Shown here: piece by piece, positions 1 through 15,988 of the stretch
How the letters are laid out: each line of letters starts with the position of its first letter
Position numbering within the stretch: position 1 is the stretch's first letter
Assembly: GCA_000004695.1 (NCBI GenBank)
Contig: CM000151.3
Span: 5,696,001 to 5,760,000 of the forward strand
Direction of reading: 5' to 3'
DNA from: Dictyostelium discoideum
Lineage: Eukaryota
Length of the DNA: 64,000 nt
Notes under the pieces: generated by a model
Database searches by the model: none
What the model was told of the DNA's origin: nothing
The model's input: the letters and a program-made list of their open reading frames with translations, nothing else
Program-made: the position numbers and the translations under genes

Positions 1-30
1 AAATTAAAAACAAATCAAATATATTTAATA

Positions 31-695
31 ATGTATAGTAATAAAAATGATAAAGATAAAGATAAGGATCAAAATAATGAAAATAATAAAAATAATGATG
101 ATGAAGCAATTAGTTTAAAGATATTAGTTGTTGGAAAATTAGCATGTGGTAAAACTAGTATTATTCAAAGATATTGTCATAATAATTTTCAACCAAAGTA
201 TAAACCAACGATCGGTGTAGATTTCCAACAAAAGGTATTAGAGATTATGGGACAAAAGGTGTTACTTCAATTGTGGGATATAGCAGGCCAAGAAAGATTT
301 GGACATATGACAAGAGTATATTTCCAAAATGCGCATGGTGCAGTGATTGTTTTCGATGCAACTAGAAGTGGGACTTTTTTAGGCGCAAAAGCATGGAAAG
401 ACGACATTGACTACTGTTTCAATAACGAAAATTTACCAACGATCCTACTTGCAAATAAATGTGATTTACTCACACCACCTTACACTTTTCCAGAGGATAT
501 AAACACATTTTGCGAACAAAACAGATTTAATAAATACTTTTATACTTCTGCAAAAGAAGATACTGGTATCAATGAAGCTTTAGAAGAATTGGTTAAAATC
601 ATTTTAGAATCTTATCAAACTCAAGAACAATCAACTGGTTTTAAATTAAGTGATCAATCTCAATCAACTGAAACAACACCAACTCAATCAAAAAC

Positions 696-705
<10 letters not shown>
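31..705 (+). CDS. Rab-family small GTPase, Rab32/Rab38-like (224 aa, single exon in window)
   Basis: Real ATG at 31. P-loop GKLACGKTS, switch II WDIAGQERF (the Rab32/38/29-specific variant of WDTAGQE), NKCD, SAK, and a C-terminal CC prenylation motif (..KTCC). Confidence 0.85.
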
Positions 706-731
<26 letters not shown>

Positions 732-998
732 TAATAATAATAAAAAAAAAAAATAAAAATAAAAATAAATAATTAAAAAATTATAAATTATTATTATTTT
801 ATTTGTTTTTAATTTTCATTTTATATTAGATGATTTATTATAAAATGATTTTAGGTGAGATGAATGATTTGTTATCTTTAATTTTTTTTATTTTCAAAAA
901 AGAACAATTACACCTCTTTTGGATACAGCTTTTTAAAAGTTTTTTTTTTTTCTATTTATCAATTAATAAATGTATTAATTATAGAATTATAGCGCCAT

Positions 999-1016
999 AC
1001 ACACACACACACACAC
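999..1016. repeat. (AC)n microsatellite followed by a GA-rich stretch
   Basis: acacacacacacacacac directly visible, 3' of the Rab gene. Confidence 0.9.
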
Positions 1017-1359
1017 AAACACATCATTGGAAGCAGGAAGGATCGAGGGAAGGAAGGAAATGGCAATAGTGGGGGAAAATCGTTCACCAATACATATTGA
1101 ATTTTGAAAGTCAAAATTTTAACAAAGCTGTTCCTTTGTTAGGATGATATATTAATACTAAGATTGAAAATATTTAGATCACTTGGCATTGGATTGATTT
1201 TACTAATAACAAACATTTATTTGTTTAAAATTTTTTTTTTTTTCTATTTATATATATTTATTTTTATTATTATTAATTAGTTTTTTGTTATTTAATTTTA
1301 TTAATCAAAATGGAGCTCTTTTTTATTTTTTATTTTTTTTTTATTTTTGCGAACCAACC

Positions 1360-1392
<33 letters not shown>

Positions 1393-1758
1393 TAAATATA
1401 TAAAATCTTTTTTATTAATCTTTTTTTAAAAAAAAAAAAAAAAAAAAATCAACCAGAATTTGAAAAATTATTAGAAAAAAAGTTACCTTTGTTATTTGAG
1501 GAGATTAATAAAAAGTTGGGGTGTGTCTTTAAATAATCAAAAAAAAAAAAAAAATTCTCAACAGCCACCTTTCACCAAAATCGAAATATCTTTTATTTTT
1601 CGTTGAAAAATAAAGAGTTTTTAAATGAGTTTTTATGGTTTTTTTTTTTTTCTTTAAATATAAAGAATTTTCTATACACATATAATTTTTATTATTTTAT
1701 TTTTAGATTTTTAGATTTTTTTTTTTTTTTCTACAATTTTTAAACAAAATTTTTATTA

Positions 1759-3799
<2,041 letters not shown>

Positions 3800-4253
3800 A
3801 TTTGGATTTAGATTATTATTATTTTTTTTAATTGTACAAGTGTTTATATTTATATAATTATAACATATAATTAATTTTTTTTAAAATTTATTTTTTTTAT
3901 TTAATTTTTTTTTTAATTTTTTTTTTTTAAAATTAGAATTTTTTTTTTTTTTTTTTTTTTATCAGAGACACTAAACGAAACAAAAAAGCAGTTTTTTTAA
4001 ACTCCAAAAAATCTTTCGTGCATAGGTATGAAAACAATTATTGTCTGTTAGTTTTTTATTTTTTTTTTATTTTTTTTATTTTTGAAATGACACTATTTCC
4101 CCCCCTCGCACACCACACGCCACTATAGATTTCACTCGGGATCTAGATTTTTTATTTTTTTTTTTTATTTTTCATTTTTTTTTTTATTTTTTTATTTTTT
4201 TATTTTTTTATTTTTTATTTTTTTTTATTTTTATTTTTATTTTTTTTTTTTTT

Positions 4254-5642
4254 TTATTTTTTTGTAACTTCTTTTATTTCAAAATTTTTAATTGTTTTAT
4301 TTTTACTATCTGATAATATTTTTTTAACTTTTAAAAAACTTCTTTCTAAATGTGGATAGTAATAAAATATTCTAAAATCTTCTAGAGTTTTATTAGATTT
4401 AAAAAAACTATCAAATATTTTAAAATCTTCTGGAATTAATTGAACTAAAACTTTATTATGATATTTTAATGTTTTAATATTTTTATTTTCATTACAATGT
4501 TGAATTACAGCAATAAAACTATCATTACTACAAGAGATTGTATTTAAAAATTTTAAATTAAAAAGTTGATTTAATTGATTTGATTCTTTAATTACAAAAA
4601 ATTCTAATCCAATATATTTTAAATTATAATTTTTTAAACAAATTTCATTTAAAAATTTATTTTGTTCATTTATATCCCCCTCCTCCTTTTTTGAATTATT
4701 ATTATTATAAAAATTAAAATTTTTAATTACCAATTTCTTTAATTTAAAATTATTATTTTCAATTCTATTTAATATAAAACCATTATTATCATTATCATTA
4801 TCATTATTTTGATTATTATTATTATTATCTAAAATGATTTTAAATGATTTTATATTTGTTTCAGAGAATACTTTTTTTATTAATGAATTTGGTGTTTCAA
4901 TATTTTTAAAATAAATTGATTTAATTGATTTACAATTTAAAATATTATCTAAATTATAGAAATTATTTTGAATTTGATGATTTGGTGTACTGATTATTAA
5001 TTTCTTTGGATTATAATGTGATAGAAATTCAAATGAAAATTTAAAGTATATAGATTCTTCATAAGGTGAGTTTGAATATAATTGATGTTCTTGTGAACTT
5101 GAAATTGGTCCGAAATAAAACCAATTAATGTATAACTTTTTAATATAGATTTTACAAATTTTATTATAATCAACTAAATCATTATAATATTGATAAGATG
5201 GGAAATAAGCAAATTTTGATGATTCTGAATAAATTCTTTTTAAATTTTTAAAATTATTAATTAAATAATTATATTCAGATCTTTTTAATTCTTTATCATT
5301 ATTACTATCATTATTTTCATTATTGTTATTCTTATTATTATTATTATCATAAAATATTACAAGTTGTTCAATTTCTTTAAATTGTAATAATTTTCTTTTC
5401 ATTAATTGGTTTAATATTTGTGTAGGTCTATTGATTGAAAGTTTTGAATTTTCAATATAACTTTTTATTGAATTAAAAGTCATCTTAACCATTATACAAT
5501 CATTATCAAATGTTAAAAGATTTTGTATTATTGAAAAACATGCCTTTGAAATTAAACTATATTCTAAAACTTGTTTAAATTTATTTTTATTTAATAAATA
5601 TAAAAATATATTTTTTAAAATTAAATTACTTAAAACTTTCAT
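4254..5642 (-). CDS. Hypothetical F-box-like protein (about 462 aa), Asn-rich
   Basis: The ORF-track start at 5678 is a TTG. The first real ATG is at 5642 (MKVLSNLILKNIFLYLLNK...; 'cat' at plus 5640-5642). The N-terminal L..I...IF.YL pattern is F-box-like. It is a probable paralogue of the neighbouring gene 1759..3765 (same strand, similar size and composition). Confidence 0.55.
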   Translation of the reverse strand: MKVLSNLILKNIFLYLLNKNKFKQVLEYSLISKACFSIIQNLLTFDNDCIMVKMTFNSIKSYIENSKLSINRPTQILNQLMKRKLLQFKEIEQLVIFYDNNNNKNNNNENNDSNNDKELKRSEYNYLINNFKNLKRIYSESSKFAYFPSYQYYNDLVDYNKICKIYIKKLYINWFYFGPISSSQEHQLYSNSPYEESIYFKFSFEFLSHYNPKKLIISTPNHQIQNNFYNLDNILNCKSIKSIYFKNIETPNSLIKKVFSETNIKSFKIILDNNNNNQNNDNDNDNNGFILNRIENNNFKLKKLVIKNFNFYNNNNSKKEEGDINEQNKFLNEICLKNYNLKYIGLEFFVIKESNQLNQLFNLKFLNTISCSNDSFIAVIQHCNENKNIKTLKYHNKVLVQLIPEDFKIFDSFFKSNKTLEDFRIFYYYPHLERSFLKVKKILSDSKNKTIKNFEIKEVTKK

Positions 5643-6026
5643 TTTATAATAAAAAAATTTGTTTATAAAAAAAAACAAAAAACTAACGTGAAAGTGATTG
5701 TTTGTGTGTTTTTTTTTTTTTTTTTAAAAATTTAAAAAAAAATAAAAAAAAAATATTCAAAGAAAATATCTTTTGGGTTTGTGTGAAAAAAGATTAAAAG
5801 ATATTTTGTTTTTTATTTTTTTTTTACAACTTTACAATGTTTTTTTATTTATTTATATTTTTTTTTTTTTTTTTTTTTTTTATTTATTTTTTAAATGTTT
5901 AAATTAAATTTTTTATTATTTCTTTAATTTATAAAATTGATGGATAATAATACCACAAAATTAAAAAAATGTTTTTGAAATATTTATTTTACTTATTGTC
6001 ACAATGGTGGTTTTATAGTAATAATT

Positions 6027-7468
6027 TTACAGCATTAAAAGTGGATTGTTATTATGTTGGTGATGATATTGTGGAATTGTTTGATTTTGAATATGGTATT
6101 GCATTTGATCGTTACCTCTATAAAATCCTTGAGTTTCTTGAATAAATGATTGAGGATATGGTTGGATTGAAATTTGTTGTTGTTGAATTTGTTGAACTTG
6201 TTGTTGTGGCATTGAATTATTAATTATTGGAGTTGACATTGGAATTGGAGATGATAAAGGAGAAGAAGTTGGTGTTACCATTGTCGATTGTTGTTGTTGA
6301 TTTGTATTTGATGATGATGTCGTTATTGAATTATTATTATTATTATTATTATTATTAACATTTGTTGAATTTAATTGTGACCATCTTGATTTGCATTCTA
6401 AAGCAGTTCTTGGAATTTTGGTAGTTTTAGCTCTTGCTAAATGTTTAGAAACTTGTTGAAAAGAGATTTTTTCATTATTTTGGGTCATTAATTTAATTTT
6501 TTTAGTCAAGATATCATCTTCCAATTGATTCCATTCAGTTTGTCTTGACATTATGGCTTTAAAGTATTGATAACGACATTGAATATCTGTACGAGTTTTA
6601 ATTTCAATTGCAACATTTTTCCAACTTTGACCATGTTTATCAACCAATTGAAACAAGAGCTCCTCTTCAGCTTCGTCCCAAGAGCCTTTTTTAATCTCTG
6701 GCGAGAGAACACGTTTCCAATGTTGAGCGCATTGAGCACCAGTTTTACCACCACCCAATTTGGTAGCTATCTTTTTCCATTGTTTATCACCATTCTCTGT
6801 TACTAATTTAATTAGATTTTGACTCTCTTCCTTTGTCCATTTATTTGGTGGTGATCTTATACCCCTACTAATACTCTCTCTCTTTCTTTCTCTCTTTTTC
6901 TTTATAATCTCTTGAGAGTTTGATGTTAATAAAATATCTTTAGTAAATTCTAATTCTTGTTCAGAGATACCATTATCAATTAAATATTTAACCATTTTAA
7001 TATCGCCATCAATTTTAACTAATGAATGAATTAATGTATTATGAATTGAATTATCTAAATTAAATTCTAAACATAAATTTTTTATCTTTTTAAAAAATAA
7101 AAAATAAAAAATTAGAATTTTAATTTTAATTTTAATTTTAATTTTTATTATTATTTTTAAAAATAAACTTACTTTTAATAACATTTGTTTTACAGTAATT
7201 TCTTCTTTTGAACATTCAGAAAATATTTTTATAATTGGTATAGTGATACCAGGTGTTTTACAAATTAAATTGACAAATGGTGTAATAGATACTCTTATTG
7301 CTTCTTGGTCGTCCTCATATTCCTCGAAATAACTATCGGCGTCGTCGTCACAATCATTTGAGGATTCTTTATCTGAGCAATGTTTATCGGATGAGTAATC
7401 ATCTTCAATACAACTATTATTACTATAACTACTTATACTACCACTACTATTTATATTATTATTTATTA

Positions 7469-7556
<88 letters not shown>

Positions 7557-8007
7557 GTTTGGATAATTATTTTCTTCCATCATTGCAGAATATGATCTTT
7601 TTATATTATTATTATTATTATTATTAATATTATTATTACTATTACTATTATTATTATTATTATTATTATTGTTATTATTATTATTATTATTTGAGAAACC
7701 AGTTGAAGAAGATAATGGAGTTGGTGATAATTCACCACTAACACAAGTTGGTGGTGAATGTTGATCTATAGTTAATTGTGGTGAATGAATTTGATGTGGT
7801 GGTGAATTTGTGATTGTATGATAATTATTATAGTTTGGTGGTGATGGACATAATGGTAATCCAGAGTAATTAAATGTTTGTTGTGGGAATAATGCTTGTG
7901 GAATCATTGGGATTTGATTCGATGTTCCATAGCATCCGAAATTTTTATTTATTAATTGTGGTGAAAAAATTGGTTGTGGTGTAGGAGGAATATTTTGATG
8001 GTGGTGA

Positions 8008-8076
<69 letters not shown>

Positions 8077-8162
8077 ATTGATTGTTGTGGTTGTTGTGGT
8101 TGTGCATTGGTGCTAGCCCAATAATAAAATGGGATATTTGAATTTGGGAATATAGCAGTCAT
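6027..8162 (-). CDS. Myb-domain transcription factor (three tandem Myb/SANT repeats, R1R2R3 type) with an ankyrin-like repeat, poly-Gln N-terminus and poly-Asn tracts; join(6027..7085,7173..8162)
   Basis: Real ATG at 8162. The three repeats are W-x19-W-x-I (NKWTKEESQNLIKLV...QWKKIA...HWKRV), (GSWDEAEEELLFQLV..GQSWKNVA.....QCRYQY) and a third ending CKSRWSQL. Ankyrin-like segment IHNTLIHSLVKIDGDIKMVKYLIDNG. A probable 87-nt in-frame intron at 7086..7172 (minus strand) runs from GTAAGT to AG and consists of (AAAATT)n. Confidence 0.75.
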
Positions 8163-8244
8163 TTTATTATTATTATTATTATTATTTATTATTTATTATT
8201 TTATTAATTTTAAAATTTATTTATTTGGAAAATATTAAATTTAC

Positions 8245-8326
<82 letters not shown>

Positions 8327-9555
8327 TTTTAAAAAAATAAATTATTATTATTTATAATTTAAATTAGGAGATTTTGAAAAAATAAAAAAAAAATAAAAAA
8401 ATTATTAATTAATTTTATTTTATTTTTTATAATTATTTATAATTATTATTATTATTATTATTATTTATTTGAATTTTATTTATACAATGTATTGGTATTG
8501 GTTATGTACAAAAAAAAAAAGTGATTGATTTTTTTTTTTTTTAATTATTTTTTTTTTTTTTGATTTTTTTTTTTTTTTTTGATTGTTATTTTTTTTAATT
8601 AATTTTGTTAAATAAAAAGTGACCTAGTGTAAGTAAGTGATGAAAAAAAAAAAAAAAATTAAAAGAAAAAATTAAATTTTATTAATATGAGAAAAAAAAA
8701 ATTTATATAAATTTATATAAAAAAAAAAAAAAAACTCAAAAATAACCAATCAAAATTATGTTCATAAATCTCTGATGGATCTAAATTTTTTGCGGGCTTG
8801 CTTTGGTTACTAAATCAAAAAAAAAAATAAAAAATAAATGAAAAAATAAAAAAAAAAAAAAAAAAATATTCATAAAAAAAAAAAATTAAATTAAATTAAA
8901 AAAAATTTTGTGTCTACACAGAAAATAGAAAAAAAAACAATGGATAAAAAGGTCACATTAACATCTTTGGACAATTTTTTTTTTTTTTTTTTTTTTTTGA
9001 TTAATTTTTTTTTTTTTTTAAATGAAAAATTTAATGGGGAAAAATTGTAGTAAATTGATTTTTTGAAAATATTATTTTTTTTTTTTTTAAATTGTTTAAA
9101 TAGTGGTGTTGTAGATCATTGGAAATGTTTTGAAAACTGAAAAAAAAAAAATTTTATTTTTAACAATAATCTACTAAAAAAAAAAAATCACCTTTTATTA
9201 AACAATAAAATATGGTAATTTTATTTACAATCGAGATTTTAAGAATTTACAAATTTTTTTTTTAGGTTTTTTTTTATAATTTTTTTTTTAAATCATTTTT
9301 TTTTTTTTATTATTATTTTTTTTCTTTTTTTTTGAAATTTTATTTTTGGTGGAGATTAATATAAAAAAAAAAAAAAAAAATGAATGACTTCTATAGATTT
9401 ATTATTACCTCTATTTTTTTTTTAATATTATATATAAATATATATTTATTTGATATGAATGTATGTTTTTTTTTTTTTTTTATTTTTATTAAAAAATTTG
9501 GGGTTTCAAAAAATTTATATTGAAATTCTTTAAAATGAATTTACTGTTTTTGATT

Positions 9556-9588
<33 letters not shown>

Positions 9589-10354
9589 ACTGTTTTTTTT
9601 TTTATTATTTTATTATAATTTTTTTTTTTTATTTATTTATTTATTTATTTTTTTTATTTTTTTTTTTTTTTGTAATCTTTTTTATTTTTCAAATATATAA
9701 TGAATTTATGATAGCATATTATCTGATAACAGTAGTTGAATATAAAAATAAATATACTTTTGGTTTTTATATTTTTTTTTTATTTTATTTTTATTTTTAT
9801 TTTTTATTTTTTATTTTTTTTTTTTATTTTATTTTTATTTTTATTTTTGTTTTTTATATTTACCATATAAAGATTTAATATATGGCAGTGGGTGTGAGAT
9901 GTTTTTTTTTTTTTTTATTTTTGGGTGTTTTTTTTTTATTTCAAAAGTTATGTGAAACAACGAATACATATTGGCAATAATAGGAATAATGAATTTAATT
10001 ATTGGTATTTTTATGAGGGGCGATCAATTTGGAAAAAAAAAAAAAAAAAAAAAAATGCAATAACAACACTAACCCCACATTCCAAACATTTATTATATTA
10101 ATAAAATTAAAAAAAGGCAATATATCTGTTGCTATTGAATAGTAATTATTATTTATATTATGGTAAAAATAAAAAAGCGAGAATGTGACTCGCATGATAT
10201 TTTTTTCCTTTTTTTTTGATAAAAAAAAAAAAATAATAAAATAAAAACTTATATATCTCAATTATAAATAAAAAAAATCTATTTTTAGAATCATTTACTC
10301 CACATACACATACAAAAATATCTTTATTTATTGTGAATTTACATTCACATGAAA

Positions 10355-10403
<49 letters not shown>

Positions 10404-10416
10404 TTTTTTATTATTA

Positions 10417-10448
<32 letters not shown>

Positions 10449-10670
10449 TTTATTTTTATTATTATTATTACTATTATTTACTATGTATTTATATTATATT
10501 ATTTTAATTTAATTTAATTGAGAATGGGAGAGAGTGAGGGGGAGTTTTTTTTTTTATGTGAGTTTTTTTTTTTTTTTTTTTTTTTGTGTGGTTTGTGAGT
10601 GGTTGGGTGTGCATTTTGGATGTGTTGAATTTATTTGTTGTATCGAATGATATAAATATATAATAACTTT

Positions 10671-10704
<34 letters not shown>

Positions 10705-10709
10705 AAAAC

Positions 10710-10746
<37 letters not shown>

Positions 10747-11178
10747 TTTTGAAATTTTTATGATAATTTGGATAATATTGTTTTGTATTGATTGTCGTCA
10801 GGTCAATTAAATTAAATGTGAAATTAAAAGAATAATAAATTATTTTTTCCTTACATAAATAAGTTATATTATCTTTAATTTTTTTTAAATATTTTTTTTT
10901 TTTATTTTTTTTTCTTTTCCTGATATTATATCTATTGCTGTTAACAATGATTAAAAAAAAAAAAATAGGAAAACCACTTAAGATATTGTTTTATTTTTTC
11001 TTTTTCCTATTTTTTTTATTATATTTTTTTTTATTATTATTTTTTTTTTTTATTATTTTTTTTTTTTTTATTATTTTTTTTCAGTTTAAAAAAAGAGGAT
11101 CAACTTTTTTGTGAAAATAATAATTTTTATCACAATTGAATGATTGAAAAAAGCTAAAAATAATACTTTATGAGAGAT

Positions 11179-11226
<48 letters not shown>

Positions 11227-12081
11227 TTTTGATATTGGAAAAAAAAAAAAAAAAAGTGATTTTGATTTTATACACAATAATTTACATAAAATAAAACTAA
11301 AATCAATAATAAAAATCAATAATTCAACACCTGTCGACAAATAATATTGAAAATCACAAAACATATAATTTTTTGTTATACCCCATTATAATTTGATGGG
11401 GTAATCTTAAAAAAAAAGAAAAAACTTTTTACTATGACTTTTTTTTTCTTTATGGAAATATGGGTATACAAAAATTCTTTTTTTAAACCTCACCTCTTAT
11501 GATCAGCATGGGGTTAAATTTTTTAAAAATTGAATGGTTGGTGATTCGATGAATCCTCCTAATTTGAAAAAAAAAAAAAATAAAAAAAATGAAAAAAAAA
11601 AAAAATAAAAAAAAAGCGGATGGGAAATATTCGAGATCTAGACCTCAAATATTCTTACCGTTTTTAAATTAAAATCACACCACAATAAAAAATTTTTAAA
11701 TTTTATTATAATAATTTAAAATATGAAAAAAAAAAAAAAAAAAAAAAAAATTTAAATTAAATTAAATTAAATTAAAACTTACTGTTTTTGAAAAATGTTT
11801 AAGAAATTTGTTTTTAGGGGTGGGAAATTTATTGAAAAAAAAAAAAAAAAGAAAAAAAAAATTGATTGTTATAGTAATATACAAAATTGGAAATTAATGT
11901 CGAATCTGTGATGATTATAAAATGTGCAAATAGGATTTGAATTGAATCAAATCCTTTATATTAATATTTTTAAAAAATTTTAAAAATTATATGTGAATAA
12001 AAAAAAAAAAAATAATATATGAATAAAAAAAAAAAAAATAAAAAAAAAAAAAAAGTGAGAAAAATAAATAAATCGATCTGG

Positions 12082-12124
<43 letters not shown>

Positions 12125-12143
12125 TATTTATTTATTAATTGAT

Positions 12144-12166
12144 TGTGTGTGTGTGTGTGTGTGTGC
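12144..12166. repeat. (GT)n microsatellite in the gene desert
   Basis: tgtgtgtgtgtgtgtgtgtgtg visible. Confidence 0.9.
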
Positions 12167-12886
12167 TATAATTTCGAATTATGTGAGTGTGTGGGATTTG
12201 GAAAAAATATAAAAAAAATAAAAAAAAACCTTTACTATTAAAGAAAAAGTCCTTAATTATTTATTTTATTTTTTTTTTTTTTTTTTTTTAAAAAAAATAG
12301 TTATTTGTTTGAAAACTAATTAGTTATTAAAAATAACAATATAATAAAAAAATCCTTTTTTTTTTTTTCTTTTTCATTTTTTTTTTTTTTTTTTTTAATT
12401 TTTTTTTAAATTTAAATTTTTATTTAATTTTAAAATAATTTTTTAATAATAGGTGGATATTTTAGACTAAATCTTGTGTTTTTTTTAATATGAGCACGTG
12501 AGTATCGGGCTTAATGCATTGTTATGTCGGATGATTTAGAGAACAGAATGATTTTAAAAAATTATTTTTTTAATTAAAATGGAATTTATCAATGCCTTTT
12601 GGGTAGCTAGTATTGGGAAGTGGGCTACTTGACTAACCGCAATAATTTTATTTTTATTTTTATTTTTTTTTTTATATTGCTGATTGGAAAAAAAAAAAAG
12701 TGAAGTTATTTTTTTTTTCTATTTAATATTGATTTTTTTTTTTTTTTTTTTTTTTTAAAAAAGCTTGATTGCAAGAATCTATTAAATGAATCCTAAAATG
12801 GATTACTATTAAAAGAAGCACTCCAAGCCCAATATTGGAAAAAACTTCCACAGACTGAAAAAATCTCATTTATCCTCTTCCATAAT

Positions 12887-12929
<43 letters not shown>

Positions 12930-13024
12930 GTGTTGATAAAGTTTTTGTTTTTTTTTTATTATTATTATTATATTAATATTATTATCATTATTATTATTAT
13001 TATTCTTAAGATAAATTTATATTG

Positions 13025-13058
<34 letters not shown>

Positions 13059-13700
13059 ATTAAATACTAAATAAAAAAAAGTAAATAAAAACCTTCGATT
13101 ATAAATCTTTAAATTTTTTTTTTGTTAATTTTCTAACTTGGTGATTTGAGAGAGTTTTTATAAAAAATTTCTATATAAATAAATTTTTAAAAAAAATAAA
13201 AATTAAAATAAAAAAAATAATAACATTGTGGTTTAAAACATCTAAATTATTTTATTTCTTTACTTTAAATATCATTTTTTTTTTTCCACATTCTAAATCC
13301 TACTTTCTAAAATATTTTTCCCGTTCCTAAATAAAAAAAAAAAAAAAATTATTCAAATATTGGTATTTTTGTATGTGTTTTTGGTTTTTTCTGAAAATAA
13401 TAGTTAAATAAAATCTTTTTTTTTATTTTTTTATTTTTTATTTTTTTTTTTTTTTAATTATTAAAAAAAAAAAAAAAGCCCGATAATTTTTTTTCAAATA
13501 ATCTAAAAACAAGTGCGGGTTCACTCTTTAAAAAATGGAATCAGTTTTTAAATATTTAATTATTATTTTATTTTATTTTATTTTATTTTATTTTTTATTT
13601 TTTATTTTTTATTTTTTTTTTATTTTTTTTTCATTAGAACAGAGAAAAGGAAATGTGAATACTGGTACATATGATTTTTTTTTTTTTTTTTTCCAACAAA

Positions 13701-14089
13701 CTATTTAGTTTTTGAGTTGGAAAATTGGACTTGAGATTCTAATAATTGAGATGAAGAATATTGACCAATTTCAATACCCTTTGGTTTTAATTCAACACTT
13801 AAATCTTGTAACCAACTTTCCTTATCTTTTTTGGAAGGTAATGAAATAGTATAAATTAAAACATCAATTGATTCAAGAGAACCAACAATAATACGTATCA
13901 TTGAATCTGTTAATAATAAAAAAATTAAAAAAAAAATAATTGTTAATAATTAAAATAAAAAAAAAAAAAAAAAATAGAAAAGTTAGCATAAACTTCATCG
14001 TTATTATTTTATGAAAATAAATTTCCAAAAAATTAAGAAATCTTTGGGTGTTTTTTTTTTGATAAAAATAACTTTTTTTTTTTTCTTTT

Positions 14090-14121
<32 letters not shown>

Positions 14122-14300
14122 TTTTGCAAAAATTACATCGGTGATTATTTACAAACTACCCATAAATATTTAAAGTCGGCAAACGTGCAACGATAATGTA
14201 ATACACGAAAAAAACCCCATTATTATCAATATATTATTATTATTATTATTATTATTTTTGTTGTTGTTTGTTGTTTCTATTATTATCATTAAAATATTTT

Positions 14301-14341
<41 letters not shown>

Positions 14342-15933
14342 TTTCCAGTAAAAAAAAAAAATAAAAAAAAAAAAAATAAAAAATTATCCAATCAAATTTT
14401 AACAGTAAAAAAAAAAAAAAAAGAAAAATAATAATAACCAATCACTTACCATTTGAACTAATATCTTTAATGTCTGCATTTTTCAAAGGAATTGTGTAAA
14501 CGTATTTATAATTTGAAAAAAGGCTAGATTTCTTTGTGACTAACACCATATCATTGAAAAAGAATAAATAAAAACCACCACTTTCACTTTTCTTATTTGC
14601 AGAGATATTACATTGTGACTCTCTAACAAAATATCTATGAGATTCAATTAATTCCTAAAAATAGTAACAAAAAAAAATAAAAAAAAATAAAAAAACAGGA
14701 GTTTTTTTTTTATTATTAATAAAGTATTAGTAAAATAAAAAAAATTATTATTTTAAAAAAAAAAAGAAAAAAAGGTGATATTATTATATTATTAAATTAA
14801 TTAAAAATTAATTAATTAAAATTTTTTTTTTGGTAATTTTTTTTTTTTTTTTTTTTTTATAAAAAAAAATAAAAATATCTAAATTTTCAAATAAAATGAA
14901 AATGGTCAAAAATAAAAAAAAAATAAAAAAAAACAAAAATATCTTTTTTTTAAAAAAAAAAAAAGTTTAAAGTAATATTACTTACTGGTGCATTTTTAAT
15001 TTCTTTTTGTAACTCTAATAATTTTGCTCTATTATCAACATTTCTCTTTCTATCATTAATATACTTATTAATATCTTTGATTGATTCATAAGCACTTTTA
15101 ATATTTTTAAATTCAACATGATCCTCTTGAGTGTGTTTTAAAATTTCCCTTAATAATAATTCATATCTTGGACAACGTTGAACTGGCATAATTAATAAAC
15201 TATTAATATCAGTTGCTACTCTTGATTTATTTCTTTGTTCTGAAAAGAATTTCTTTGATTGTGGATTCTCTGTCATTGCTTTTAATTGTGGTGCTACTTT
15301 ATCAAAATTATTTACATATTCCACATAAATTTTAAAAATTGGTGCCTTTTTTTTTTTTTTTTCAAAATAAATTAATAAAATAAAATAAAAAAAAAAAAAA
15401 AGAAATATTACTTACAAATTTAACAAAAATATCACCAATTTTAACAGGTGAAACTGATAATCTTTCTTCTAAAAGATGAGTAATCTCTGTACTAATTTGA
15501 AGGATACTTTTTAAATTTGAAAATACCTTATTAATTTCTTCACTTTTAAATAATTTTGTAACCCTCGCTTCAACTTCCATTGGAATAAAGTAAAACTTAA
15601 AAAAAAAAAAAAAATATAATATTAATAATTTTTAATTATAAAATTTAATAAATTAAAAATTTAAATTCCACTTACATCTCTTAAAATTAATAATGAATTT
15701 AAATATGATAATTCAGTAGAATATAACTCATTAACAGATTTAAATCTATTTCTCATATTTTCAGTTTCCGGATCATTTGATAAAAGTTTCATTTTAACTA
15801 AATCCTTAAACTTCTTTCTTGCTAACCATTTTCTACTTACTCTTTGAACACGAATAATATCACCAAATCTATAATTACCATCAACAATTTGATCCAATTC
15901 TTTTTGTGTATAAGTTTTAACAATTTTAACAGG

Positions 15934-15988
<55 letters not shown>

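Noticed and set aside
830-1069. ORF 830..1069 + (79 aa) downstream of the Rab gene
   Set aside because: AT-rich low complexity reading through the (AC)n microsatellite. No start context; not credible.
9995-14391. Short ORFs in the gene desert and introns (9995..10261, 11086..11364, 14011..14196, 14170..14391)
   Set aside because: They are poly-F/K/N translations of homopolymer A/T runs. 14011..14391 lies inside the long RhoGEF intron.
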